Origin: Desulfobacterales bacterium
Lineage (GTDB): Bacteria; Desulfobacterota; Desulfobacteria; Desulfobacterales; UBA5852
Assembly: GCA_963674755.2 (NCBI GenBank)
Contig: CAXXVS010000003.1
Coordinates: forward strand, 2,656,001-2,720,000
Length of the DNA: 64,000 bases
Direction of reading: 5' to 3'
Under the pieces are notes generated by a model. It was not told the DNA's origin and ran no database searches. It saw nothing but the letters and a program-made list of their open reading frames with translations. Shown here one piece after another: positions 18,434-28,603 of this stretch. The first letter of the stretch is position 1, and every line of letters starts with the position of its first letter. A program made the translations under genes and the position numbers.

Positions 18434-20080
18434 ATGAAACATGAGCGATCATATGATTATGTGGTTATCGGTTCGGGTTTTGGGGGCAGCATTTCAGCCA
18501 TGCGGTTGGCGGAAAAAGGATTCGATGTGCTGGTTGTTGAGCGTGGTAAACGATACGCCGACAAGGATTTTGCAAAACGGGACTGGAACATACGGCGCTT
18601 TTTATGGTCCCCGGCTTTGCGCTGCTTCGGGATATTTCAAACCACTTTTCTAAACGATATCATGGTGCTGCATGGCAGTGGCGTCGGCGGCGGCAGCCTC
18701 GTCTATGCCAATGTGTTGATGAAACCCGACGACAGGCTATTTGAATCTTCCGGCTGGCGGCATTTGGCTGATTGGAAAACACTATTGGCCCCTCACTTTG
18801 AAACAGCCCAAAAAATGCTTGGGGTCGCGGAAAATCCATTGCTTGAAGCTGCTGATAAGGCCCTTGAAAGCATTGCCGCGAAATTCGGAAAAGGGGAAAC
18901 ATTTCGTCCCACTGAGGTTGGGGTCTATTTCAATACGGAAAAACCCGGCGAGCTGGTTCAAGACCCCTACTTTGGCGGTGCCGGTCCTGACCGGCGCGGC
19001 TGCGATTATTGCGGTGCCTGCATGGTTGGATGCCGGACCAACGCCAAGAACACGCTGATGAAAAACTACCTCTATTTTGCTGTAAAATTTGGTGCCGATA
19101 TCCTGGCTGAAGCGACGGTCTACGATATACGGCCCTTGCCTGAAAACCAGCCGGATGGGGCCCGCTTTATCGTCAGCTACGGCAAAACAGGCGCCCTGCC
19201 GCGGCCCATTACCCGGAAGATCAGGGCGCAAAATGTCATCGTGGCCGCCGGGGCGGTCAATACGAACAGGCTTTTGTTGAAATGCAGGGAAGTAAGGCGT
19301 TCGCTGCCCAAGATTTCAGCGAAACTTGGCCATAATGTGCGTACCAACAGTGAATCCCTGACCGGTGTCGCCACCCGAAAAGGTACGCAAGATTTTTCCA
19401 AAGGGGTTTGTATCGGTTCCATCTTTCAGGCCGATGACGTTACCCAAATCGAGCCTGTGCGCTTTCCGGACGGATCGGGCTTTACATATGCCATGCTGAA
19501 CGCTCCCCTGGTGGCGCCCAATGAAAAGTGTGCGGTCCGCGTGAGGGATACCCTTTTCCAAATCATGCAACATCCGCTTGATTTTTTACGCACCAAGGTT
19601 TTCCCGGGAACGGCCAGGCGAACCATCGTGCTTTTGACGATGCAAACCAAAGACAATCGCATGCGTTTGAAGTTGGGCCGAAATATTTTCACCTTCTTCC
19701 GAAAGGACCTGGTGTGCGTGCCGGATGAACAACAGCCGATCAACGCCGTTGTGGATATCGCCCATGCGGTTACGACGTCATTGGCCAAAGACTTAAATGG
19801 CATTCCCCTGGCGGGGATCAATGAAAGTTTGCTGAACATCCCCGGTACAGCGCATTTCATGGGGGGGGTCCCTTTTGGCAAGAATGCCGAAGACGGCGTC
19901 ATCGGATTAAACTGCGAGGTTCACAATTATCCCGGTCTTTTTGTTGTTGATGGTTCAATCATGCCCGCTAATCCCGGTGTTAATCCGACGCTGACGATTT
20001 CAGCGTTAGCCGAATACGCCATGTCCCATATTCCGGCGAAAGAGGGCGTCTTACCGCGAAAGCCAATAATGATTGATTAA
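18434..20080 (+). CDS. GMC oxidoreductase, cholesterol oxidase (ChoD-like)
   Basis: GSGFGG, GVGGGSLVYAN, CGACMVGC, AHFMGG, PANPGVNP.LTI. Confidence 0.88.
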   Translation: MKHERSYDYVVIGSGFGGSISAMRLAEKGFDVLVVERGKRYADKDFAKRDWNIRRFLWSPALRCFGIFQTTFLNDIMVLHGSGVGGGSLVYANVLMKPDDRLFESSGWRHLADWKTLLAPHFETAQKMLGVAENPLLEAADKALESIAAKFGKGETFRPTEVGVYFNTEKPGELVQDPYFGGAGPDRRGCDYCGACMVGCRTNAKNTLMKNYLYFAVKFGADILAEATVYDIRPLPENQPDGARFIVSYGKTGALPRPITRKIRAQNVIVAAGAVNTNRLLLKCREVRRSLPKISAKLGHNVRTNSESLTGVATRKGTQDFSKGVCIGSIFQADDVTQIEPVRFPDGSGFTYAMLNAPLVAPNEKCAVRVRDTLFQIMQHPLDFLRTKVFPGTARRTIVLLTMQTKDNRMRLKLGRNIFTFFRKDLVCVPDEQQPINAVVDIAHAVTTSLAKDLNGIPLAGINESLLNIPGTAHFMGGVPFGKNAEDGVIGLNCEVHNYPGLFVVDGSIMPANPGVNPTLTISALAEYAMSHIPAKEGVLPRKPIMID

Positions 20081-20087
20081 GGATGCC

Positions 20088-21770
20088 CTATTGGTTGCCT
20101 GACTGTAACGGGGCCAGATGGCGTTCGATCTGTTCGGCCGCCTCCGGCGAGACAATCGTCAACAGGTGGTCGCCGGGTTGCAGGTGGGCATTGTCATGGG
20201 GCAGCAGCAGCCGTTCCCCCCGCAAGACAGCGATAACCTCATTTTCCGGCCCGAGCGATGCCTGGTATGGGGCCCCGATCGGTTGCCCGACCCAGGGGCT
20301 GTCAGGCTTGAGCACGCCGATCGTCAGTTTCTTGCCCTGGGCCAGATTGACGGCCACCCCGGATTTCAGCAGGTCCAGCAAATCCAGGTGACAGACCGCT
20401 TGCGATTCTGAAGACCAGGGCTCACACATCAGGTTCAGTGCGACGCAAATGTTGTCCAGATGATGCGCGGGGGAGTCGGCCCGATAGGGCACCTGCGCCT
20501 CGTACAGGCTTTTGTATTTTATCCGGGACGAGAGCAGCTTCTGGATCAGACAACTGAGGCTCACGGCCAATGCGGCCGGCACCAGCAACTGATAGCCGCC
20601 GGTCATTTCCGTAACCATCAGCAAGGTCGCAATGGGGACCCGGGCCGCACCGCCGAAGACCGCCGCCATGCCCACCACCACCATGGCCGCGGGGGGCTGC
20701 CGAAAAAGGTCGGCCATCACGCCCCCCACCATGGCACCGACAAACAGGGTGGGCGCAAAGACGCCTCCGGAACCGCCCGACGAGACTGTCAATGAGAAGG
20801 CCAGCAGTTTGGCGAGCACCAGAACAAGCATGATGGTCAGCGGCAGGCGGCCGTCCATGGCCTCTTGAATCCAACCGTAGCCCCCGCCCAGCACCTGCGG
20901 CAAAGCAACGGCCAACAGCCCGACCACCAGTCCGCCTAAGGCGGGTTTCAATTGAGGCGCTATCGGCAGTTTATGAAACAAATCCCGCAGACCGTAAAAC
21001 ACCACCGGAATCAGGGTGGCAACCAGCCCGCTGCCCGCACCCAGCACCAGGTACCAGGCGTAATCCATGAATTGGGGAACATTTAGACCGGCGGGTACCT
21101 GGAAAAGCGGCTGCCAGCCCACAAAGAGACCGTTGATGACGTAAGCCACCAACGATGCCAGCAGGGTGTAAAGCAACGGGCTGGCCTCGAACTCCATGTC
21201 CGAATAGAGCACCTCGACGGCGAAGATCGCCGTTCCGATGGGTGACCGGAATATGGCCGAGAGTCCGGCCGCCATGCCGATCAGCACCAGCAGGCGCCTT
21301 TCCGCTTCGGAGCGTTTGAACAGGTTGGCATAGATCGAACCGACCCCGGCGCTGATCAAGGCGGTGGGACCCTCGCGGCCTGCCGCGCCGCCGGAGCCGA
21401 TGGTGATGGCGGAGGCCAGCGTCTTGAGCGGCGCCACGCGTTTGCGGATAAAGCCACCGGCCCGATGGAAGGCCTTCACGGCCGTATCCGTTCCATGCCC
21501 TTCGGCTTCCGGCGCGAAGGTATACACGAGATAGCCTGATATCAGCCCCCCCAGGGTGGTGGCCAGCGGCACAAGCCACAGCCCGTGGGGACCGATGATC
21601 TGCTTGAGAACCCCGCCTTCCTCGGGGAGCCCGGGCGGTGCATATCCGGCCATCGTGTGCAGGAACAGAAATTGCGCACTCTTTAACAAATACGTAAAAA
21701 TCTGAGCGCTAAGGGCACCTACCACGCCCAAAAACAATGTGTCGAGAATCAGCCACCGTTTTTGCGTCAT
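20088..21770 (-). CDS. ClC chloride channel/antiporter with C-terminal TrkA-C-like domain
   Basis: GHGT, GREGP, GGSGGVFAP, EMTG; C-terminal SPWVGQ...VIAVLRG..LLP...L.PGD. Confidence 0.9.
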   Translation of the reverse strand: MTQKRWLILDTLFLGVVGALSAQIFTYLLKSAQFLFLHTMAGYAPPGLPEEGGVLKQIIGPHGLWLVPLATTLGGLISGYLVYTFAPEAEGHGTDTAVKAFHRAGGFIRKRVAPLKTLASAITIGSGGAAGREGPTALISAGVGSIYANLFKRSEAERRLLVLIGMAAGLSAIFRSPIGTAIFAVEVLYSDMEFEASPLLYTLLASLVAYVINGLFVGWQPLFQVPAGLNVPQFMDYAWYLVLGAGSGLVATLIPVVFYGLRDLFHKLPIAPQLKPALGGLVVGLLAVALPQVLGGGYGWIQEAMDGRLPLTIMLVLVLAKLLAFSLTVSSGGSGGVFAPTLFVGAMVGGVMADLFRQPPAAMVVVGMAAVFGGAARVPIATLLMVTEMTGGYQLLVPAALAVSLSCLIQKLLSSRIKYKSLYEAQVPYRADSPAHHLDNICVALNLMCEPWSSESQAVCHLDLLDLLKSGVAVNLAQGKKLTIGVLKPDSPWVGQPIGAPYQASLGPENEVIAVLRGERLLLPHDNAHLQPGDHLLTIVSPEAAEQIERHLAPLQSGNQ

Positions 21771-21952
21771 ATCTCATCCCGGTATTGTCGAGAGAGTTGT
21801 CACAATGTTACCCGCTGTCAAAGCGACCATACTGAAATTCCGACGGTGGAAGCAAGTCATGCGATCTACTGCCCAGCATTATGGGGTCTATGAGGGGGAG
21901 AAATAAACGCTAACCACTATCGGACTCTTTTGCTTCTTATCGTTCAGGCCCT

Positions 21953-23374
21953 TCAGGACCGCGATTGGTTTCTTAGAATGTCATAGTAATTCAGGATGTG
22001 GGTGACGAAGCGCACCGGTTCGAGGCCGCGGGCGTAGCCGTACTGGGTCTTGCGGTAGTATTTGCGCTGGCGCAGGAGGGGCAGGGTTTCCTTGAGGGAG
22101 GACCATTTGTCCGGGGGCAGATCCAAGTCCCGGGCGATCTGCTGAGCGTCCCGGACGTGGCCGTAGCCCACATTGTAGCTGGCCAGGGTGAAGAGCATAC
22201 GGTCCAGGCCCTGGATGTCGTCGAAGCGGGCGTAGATGTCCGCCAGGTATTGGACCCCTCCCTGGATGCTGGCCTCGGGATCGAGGCGGTTTTCGATGCC
22301 CATATCGGCGGCGGTCTCCAAGGTCAGCTGCATCAGGCCGCGCACCCCGGTGTGGCTGCGGGCATGGGGGTTGAAGTGGGATTCCTGGTAGATGGTGGCG
22401 GCGATCAGGCGCCAGTCGAAGCCGTGGCGTTTGGCTTCCCGGCGGATCAGGTTCTTGTACGGCGGCAGGCGCTCTTCCACGGCATTGTGGAAGCTGATCA
22501 CATCCACGTAGTCGAAATTCTGCACGCCGGTATAATACTTTCGGTAAATCTTATCAAAGGTGCCGTCGGCCTTGATGGCCTTCCAGAAGGCATCGATCTC
22601 CTTCAGCAGGGAGGTATTGCCCTTGCGCACCGCCCAGGCCAGGGATTCCTGGTCGGCAATCGCAAAGCCGATGGCCACGGCCGGGTAGTAGCGCCGGTTC
22701 AATTTAGCGATGTTCGAGTCGGCCACGGTGAGGGCGATTTCCTCTTCGGCCACCTGGCGGATGAGCTCCTCGGTGGGAACGTTCGGGTGCAGGACCAGGT
22801 TCAGGGCGATACCGTCCTTTTGCAGCTGCTCCAGGCGTTCCTGATATGACGATCCCCGGCGTACATGAATCGTGCGTCCGGCCAGATCGGCGAGCGCGTG
22901 CGGGGCGGGGTTGCCGCGATTATAGATGATATGCTGGCGGATCGACAGGTAGGGGTCCGAGAAATCCGCTTCGGACCGGCGTTGATCCGTAATCGTCAGG
23001 CTGGCGGCCACAACATCGCCACGCCCTCTTTGCAATGCCTTAAACAGCCCGTCCCAGCCGGGGGTGATCACGCGGAGTTCGACCCCCAGACGGTCGGCCA
23101 GGGCCTTGGCCAGATCATATTCGAAGCCCATGGCCTTGCCGCGGTAGGTGTAGTAGCAGTTGGCGTTGTTGTCGGTGATCACTACCAGGCGGCCGGAGCG
23201 CCGGATGCCCTCCAGCGTGCTGTCGCGTGCGCAGCCGGCCACAAGCAATGCCAGAACCACTCCCCCCAGCAGGAGCCGTCGCGGGAAGGCGCTCATGGTG
23301 GTGCAAACACTCCGCTGGATTGATCCTGAACGGCGGTCGGCTTCATCATCCGCAGTTTGACCTTTCGCATGCAA
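21953..23374 (-). CDS. mltF: Membrane-bound lytic murein transglycosylase F
   Basis: Lipobox LVAGC, SBP domain (GFEYDL), YQES.F, GLMQL, ASYNVG.GH; true start may be a later Met. Confidence 0.9.
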   Translation of the reverse strand: MHAKGQTADDEADRRSGSIQRSVCTTMSAFPRRLLLGGVVLALLVAGCARDSTLEGIRRSGRLVVITDNNANCYYTYRGKAMGFEYDLAKALADRLGVELRVITPGWDGLFKALQRGRGDVVAASLTITDQRRSEADFSDPYLSIRQHIIYNRGNPAPHALADLAGRTIHVRRGSSYQERLEQLQKDGIALNLVLHPNVPTEELIRQVAEEEIALTVADSNIAKLNRRYYPAVAIGFAIADQESLAWAVRKGNTSLLKEIDAFWKAIKADGTFDKIYRKYYTGVQNFDYVDVISFHNAVEERLPPYKNLIRREAKRHGFDWRLIAATIYQESHFNPHARSHTGVRGLMQLTLETAADMGIENRLDPEASIQGGVQYLADIYARFDDIQGLDRMLFTLASYNVGYGHVRDAQQIARDLDLPPDKWSSLKETLPLLRQRKYYRKTQYGYARGLEPVRFVTHILNYYDILRNQSRS

Positions 23375-23422
23375 TGGGTGACATAAATCGCCTCATCATA
23401 GCGGAATCCGTTCAAAAATCAA

Positions 23423-24025
23423 TCAATCGGCCACATAATAGCCGTATTCGCGGGCGTTGACGTTGTGGCGTTTCTCCCATCCCAGGGTCGAAGAGGGCGT
23501 CGGACCGTAGTCATGGCCCGGCCAGACCACGGTATCCTCGGGCAGTTCCATCAAGCGCCGGATGGAAGCGCTCAAAGTAGGCCGGTCGCCGCCGGGCAGG
23601 TCGGTGCGGCCGCTGTCGCCGACGAAAAGGGTGTCCCCCGTGAAGAGATGGCCCTGGGCGTGCAGGCAGATGCCCCCGGGGGTGTGGCCGGGGGTATGAA
23701 TCACGTCGAAGGTGATATCCCCCAATTGAAGCGTTTTCTCGTTTTTCAGCCGCACGTCCGCCTCGGGATAGCCCGGGGCATCCTCCTCGTGGAGCACGAT
23801 TGGGGCGCCTGTCAGGGCTTTCAGGCGGGCGTTGCCGGCTGTGTGGTCGCCATGGGTGTGGGTGTTGACGATCATTTCAATGACCAGGCCCTCCGCCGCC
23901 GCGGCCGCCGTGATCCGGTCCACCTCGGGGCCGGGATCGATGACCAGCGCTTTGCGGGTGGCCTCACAGCCCACGATATAGCTGAAATTGTCCATGGCTC
24001 CGATCGCCATTTGCTTGATGATCAT
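23423..24025 (-). CDS. MBL-fold metallo-hydrolase (glyoxalase II-like)
   Basis: THTHGDH, TPGHTPG, FTGDTLF, PGHDY; start MIIKQ after GGAGG. Confidence 0.9.
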   Translation of the reverse strand: MIIKQMAIGAMDNFSYIVGCEATRKALVIDPGPEVDRITAAAAAEGLVIEMIVNTHTHGDHTAGNARLKALTGAPIVLHEEDAPGYPEADVRLKNEKTLQLGDITFDVIHTPGHTPGGICLHAQGHLFTGDTLFVGDSGRTDLPGGDRPTLSASIRRLMELPEDTVVWPGHDYGPTPSSTLGWEKRHNVNAREYGYYVAD

Positions 24026-24047
24026 CTTTAACCTCCTAAGTCGAGTT

Positions 24048-24292
24048 TGTTCATCCCTAAATGGCATCTTGCGGCCCCTGGCCCGCCGCCGGTGGACCGG
24101 GTTCCCGAATGGGGATAAGTCCACCTTTGGCGGACAAGCCGGCGTTCTCGCGCTTCGGAAATCCTTGCCGTAGCCCAGCTACGCCTCCGGTTCCCACCCA
24201 CAGCGGGGTTGGATCAGGCGGCAAGTCCCCCAATGTGGGACAAATCACGGCGGCCTTGGCCGAAACCAAAATCTACCATTTATGGATGAACA
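24048..24292. mobile_element. ~245-bp MITE-like element, family A copy 1
   Basis: 17-bp TIR tgttcatcc(c/a)taaatgg (16/17 match); highly similar inverted copy at 51382-51627. Confidence 0.75.
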
Positions 24293-24647
24293 CGAAGTTG
24301 TTCGATTGGTCATTACTTAGCATGAAAATTGCATTAAATCCGATTTCCGGAGACCGGCAAACGCACCTTGACGTTGGGGATAACCATTGCCACCTATAAG
24401 CGTTGGGCTTAGTGCTCTTTTTCACCAACACACGGGTCTTCGGCCGTCAATTCATCTTCTCGGAAGGCGTTGCGCAGGCAGGGCTTTTCCCGCATAGCCC
24501 TTGGTTTTCGCGCCGCGTACGCCAGGCACTTTAAGGCAGGCCATCAATACGTCGCCGGGATTTTGAACAGGCCCCCTTTACGACCGACCGTCAATTTATC
24601 AACGGTCGGTGTGTTTGACATCGACAATCGTCATGAAGGGATACGAT

Positions 24648-24872
24648 ATGGACAATCAACGCATTTATCAACTGGGTCAGACCATCAAGCAGATTTATAA
24701 GGACGAGGTGGGGGGCGACCCCGAGGATTTGATCCGCATCTGGGACGACGGTGCCTGGTACTACGTCGTGCGCAACGACGATACCCAGGCGACGGTACCG
24801 GCCCGCGACCTGGCCGAAAACCGCCGGGACCGGATCGTCGAGGCCTTGCGGCGGTTTCAGCCCATCCGCTGA
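24648..24872 (+). CDS. Small hypothetical protein (74 aa)
   Basis: GAAGGG RBS, host-like codon usage, MDNQRIYQLG... Confidence 0.6.
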   Translation: MDNQRIYQLGQTIKQIYKDEVGGDPEDLIRIWDDGAWYYVVRNDDTQATVPARDLAENRRDRIVEALRRFQPIR

Positions 24873-24925
24873 CCACCGTCTATCCATTCTCACCAAACTG
24901 CACCGAAAGGACAGAGAGGACTTCC

Positions 24926-27388
24926 ATGCACCGGTTGCCCCGCGCCCTGGCCATGACGTTGGCCGGTATGATCGTTTTAGTCGGGATTACGATGCCTTAT
25001 CCCTTAGCGTACGCAAGCGACACGCCCTTTCCCCGCTACAGGGAGATCGAACCCAATGTCGCCTTCTGGATCGACATCTATTCCAAATATACCACCCTTC
25101 AGGCCGTGATCCATGACAGCCGCGATTTAAGCGTGGTCTACGACGTGATTGCCGTCAAGCCCTATGATGCACCGGGGGCCCGCAAAATCAACCGCCGCCG
25201 CATGAAGCGCGCCAAGGCCAAATATGAGGCCATCTTGAAGCGCCTGGCGGCCGATCCCCACTGCAAGGATGAAGACTGTAAACGGGTGGCGCAATTATTC
25301 GGGGACCGGGCCGACGTCGGAGCCTTCCGACGGGCCAGCCGGCAGGTGCGCAGCCAACTCGGGCAGAAAGACCGTTTCCAGGAAGGCGTCATCCGCTCCG
25401 GGGCCTATCTGGATGAAATCCGGGCCATTCTGAAATCCTATGGGGTACCCGAGGACCTGGCCTATCTGCCCCATGTGGAATCCTCCTTCAACCCCGGCGC
25501 CTACAGCAAATTCGGGGCGGCCGGCATCTGGCAGTTCACCCGTTCCACCGGCCGGCGCTATATGTCGGTGGACTATGTCCTGGACGAACGCCGGGATCCC
25601 ATCCGTGCTACCTATGCCGCGGCCCTGCTTCTCAAGGACAATTATGCGAAGCTGGGCAGTTGGCCCCTGGCGATCACGGCCTACAACCACGGTGCGGCCG
25701 GCATGGCCCGGGCCCGGAAGAAGCATGGCGCCTACCCGGCCATCTTTGCCGCCTACCGCAGCCGCACCTTCAAATTCGCATCGCGCAATTTTTATTCCGA
25801 ATTCCTGGCCGCCCGTCACGTGGCCGCGCACCATGAAACCTATTTCGGTCCCCTGACCCTGGACGCCCCCCGGCCGTCCCATACCATTGCCTTAAAGGGG
25901 TTTGTGCGCTTGGAGGATCTCTGCGCCCACTATGACGTGGTGCCGGACGTCCTCCGGGAAATGAATCCGGCCCTGCGCCCCCCCGTGTTCAGCGATCAGA
26001 AATATGTGCCCAAGGGCTACCATCTGCGGCTGCCCGCCAAGATCGCCGTGCGTGCTGCGGACCTGGCGCCCCTTCCGGCGTCCCTCATGAAGGCCGCCCA
26101 ACGGCCCAGCCGTTTCTACACGGTCCAGCGGGGGGACACCGCCGGCCGGATCGCCCGCCGCCATGGGGTGCGGCTCGATGATCTGATCCTGGCCAACAAC
26201 TTGAACCGGCGCGCCACCATCTACCCCCGCCAGACCCTGCGCATCCCCCTGCCGGGTGAGAAGGTTGCGCCGCCCGAACCCCAGGCGCCGGTGATTGTGG
26301 CCAAGGAGGCGCCGGTCCTTGTGGCGGCTCTGGAAAAGGAAAAACCGGTTGCCACGGCGACACCGGAAACCGGCAAGGCGAAAAACAATAGGCCTGCCTC
26401 GGAGGACGGCGCATCAGAATCGGCCCCGATACCGGCCCGTCCGGCAGCGTCACCCGTCCCCATGGAGGCCGATGGGTCGCAAAAGGCTTTGTTGGCATCC
26501 AAGTCCGCCGACACCCAGGAAGCTCAATCCGCGATGATGACTGCTTCCGAAAAGGCGGCCGAATCTTCTGAAATCCAATCCCCTGAAAGCGAAGGCATCA
26601 AGGAAACCCCGGTGGCGCAGGAACCCATCGCTCATGAAGCTCCTGCCCAAGCGGAAACGCCGGCCGATGAACCCGGGAAGCCTCAGGAAACGGCTGCTGA
26701 CGAGACCCCTGAACCGGACGAATTCGAAGCACCGCAACCGCCGTTGCCCTCCGTGCCGGATGTTGCTCCGGAACAACAGGTGGCCTCGCTTGACGTTCCG
26801 GCCGGGCAGGCCGAGTCCCAGGGCATACCCACGCTGGTGACGCCCAATACGGAGATCGTCTCCATCGATGTGCGCTTCGAAACGATGACCAAAGACCAGA
26901 AGGGACCGGTGGGGGTTCTGCGGGTGGAGGTGGAGGAGACCCTGGGCCACTACGCCGAGTGGGCCGGTGTGCGCACCCAGCAGATCAGGCGCCTGAACGG
27001 CCTGCGCTACGGCCGCACCCTGCGTCTGGGGCAGAAGGTTAAAATTCCCCTGGACAAGGTCGACGCCGCGGTTTTTGAAGAGCAGCGCTACGAATATCAC
27101 AAGCGGCTGCAGGAAGACTTTTTCGCGGTCTATCGCGTCAGCGAGCTGGAGCCCTACCGGGTCCAGCGGGGTGACAATATCTGGACCCTGTGCCGGGAAA
27201 CGTTCGGCGTGCCCATGTGGCTCCTGAAGCATTACAACATGGACGTGGATTTGGCCAATCTGCACATCCAGGACAAGATCATGATGCCCGTTATCCAGGA
27301 GACGACCGCCGGGGAACCGGGGACGGTGACTGACGAAACCGATCCCGAGGAAGATGCGACCGGATCATCCGGAAACGGCCCGGCCTGA
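24926..27388 (+). CDS. Lytic transglycosylase (MltD-like) with LysM domains and a long acidic/Pro linker
   Basis: LPHVESSF, AGIWQF, AYNHG, LysM YTVQRGDT and YRVQRGDN. Confidence 0.9.
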   Translation: MHRLPRALAMTLAGMIVLVGITMPYPLAYASDTPFPRYREIEPNVAFWIDIYSKYTTLQAVIHDSRDLSVVYDVIAVKPYDAPGARKINRRRMKRAKAKYEAILKRLAADPHCKDEDCKRVAQLFGDRADVGAFRRASRQVRSQLGQKDRFQEGVIRSGAYLDEIRAILKSYGVPEDLAYLPHVESSFNPGAYSKFGAAGIWQFTRSTGRRYMSVDYVLDERRDPIRATYAAALLLKDNYAKLGSWPLAITAYNHGAAGMARARKKHGAYPAIFAAYRSRTFKFASRNFYSEFLAARHVAAHHETYFGPLTLDAPRPSHTIALKGFVRLEDLCAHYDVVPDVLREMNPALRPPVFSDQKYVPKGYHLRLPAKIAVRAADLAPLPASLMKAAQRPSRFYTVQRGDTAGRIARRHGVRLDDLILANNLNRRATIYPRQTLRIPLPGEKVAPPEPQAPVIVAKEAPVLVAALEKEKPVATATPETGKAKNNRPASEDGASESAPIPARPAASPVPMEADGSQKALLASKSADTQEAQSAMMTASEKAAESSEIQSPESEGIKETPVAQEPIAHEAPAQAETPADEPGKPQETAADETPEPDEFEAPQPPLPSVPDVAPEQQVASLDVPAGQAESQGIPTLVTPNTEIVSIDVRFETMTKDQKGPVGVLRVEVEETLGHYAEWAGVRTQQIRRLNGLRYGRTLRLGQKVKIPLDKVDAAVFEEQRYEYHKRLQEDFFAVYRVSELEPYRVQRGDNIWTLCRETFGVPMWLLKHYNMDVDLANLHIQDKIMMPVIQETTAGEPGTVTDETDPEEDATGSSGNGPA

Positions 27389-27628
27389 GAGCCTTGCCGC
27401 CTGCGGCTTCCTGCGGGTGACGAGGATTGCTTGCGGCCCCTCGGGAATCTTTTGGGGATCGGTCGCCACCGGCCGACTGGAGCGCCGCATTCCCCCTTGC
27501 GTCTTCCTAAATGATTCCCGTGGCGCGCGTGTTTCGTGCTTTGCATTTTTTATCGATTTGCATTAAATAGAAGGGCTTCGACAGCGATCTCAACCAGATA
27601 TGCCATCACTCCTGAGGGAATTAGCCAC

Positions 27629-28546
27629 ATGCCACGGATGATGATGCCAGCCAAGGCTTGCCGGATCCCCCCGGGCGGCGCACTGCGGCCCGCAACGATC
27701 ATTCTGCAATGCCTGCTGCTCCTGTCCCTGATGATGCTGCCGGCCTGCAGCCACCTGGTCGCCCGGGCCACCGACAACCTGGCCGACAACCTTTCCCAGG
27801 CGATCGCCAATAATGACGATCCCGCCACTGTGGCAGCCGGAGGGCCGGCCTATCTCCTCATGCTGGACGGCATGGTGCAGGGCGATCCCGGCAACGAAAA
27901 TCTCCTCGTCCAGGCGGCGACCCTTTACAGCACTTACAGTTCGGCCTTTGTGGACGACCCGGAGCGGGCCGCCAAACTTTCCCAGCGCGCCCTCGATTAC
28001 GCCGAGCGGGCCCTCTGCGTCCGGCGTCCGGAGGACTGCGGCCTGCGGCAGGCCGATTTCGATGTATTTGAAGACCGTCTTCAGAAGATGGATATAGCGG
28101 ACGTACCCGTTTTTTATACCCTGGGCGCCGCCTGGGCCGGGTGGATTCAGGCCCGGCAGGATGATTTGGAAGCGGTGGCGGAGCTGGCCCGGGTGGAAGC
28201 GATCATGACGCGCATCGTTGCGCTGGACGAGGGCTATCGCCAGGGCGGCGCCCATCTTTACCTGGGCACCCTTGCCATCCTTGTGCCGCCGGCCCTGGGG
28301 GGCAAACCGGACGTGGCCCGGATGCATTTCGAGCGGGCCATTGCCCTGTCCAATGGCACCAACCTGATGGCCAAAGTGCTTTATGCCCAATACTACGCCC
28401 GCATGCTTTACGATCGCGAACTCCACGACCGTCTGCTGACGGAAGTCCTGGCGGCCGATCCCCATGTCCCGGGCCTGGTGCTCCAGAACACCCTGGCCCA
28501 GGAGCGCGCGCGGGAACTGTTAGCCAGCGCCGATGCTTACTTTTAA
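27629..28546 (+). CDS. TRAP transporter TatT component lipoprotein
   Basis: Lipobox LPAC, helical TPR-like body, PPALGGKP..AR.HFERAI; upstream of dctPQM. Confidence 0.85.
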   Translation: MPRMMMPAKACRIPPGGALRPATIILQCLLLLSLMMLPACSHLVARATDNLADNLSQAIANNDDPATVAAGGPAYLLMLDGMVQGDPGNENLLVQAATLYSTYSSAFVDDPERAAKLSQRALDYAERALCVRRPEDCGLRQADFDVFEDRLQKMDIADVPVFYTLGAAWAGWIQARQDDLEAVAELARVEAIMTRIVALDEGYRQGGAHLYLGTLAILVPPALGGKPDVARMHFERAIALSNGTNLMAKVLYAQYYARMLYDRELHDRLLTEVLAADPHVPGLVLQNTLAQERARELLASADAYF

Positions 28547-28603
28547 ACGGACTTGGCCGGTCGGGCGAAGTCTGAAATTTTGGTACCGGAAGGAAGGACC
28601 ACG

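Noticed and set aside
24061..24399. Mutually similar short ORFs at 24061, 31573 and 51356
   Set aside because: They are translations of the non-coding repeat family, not a gene family.
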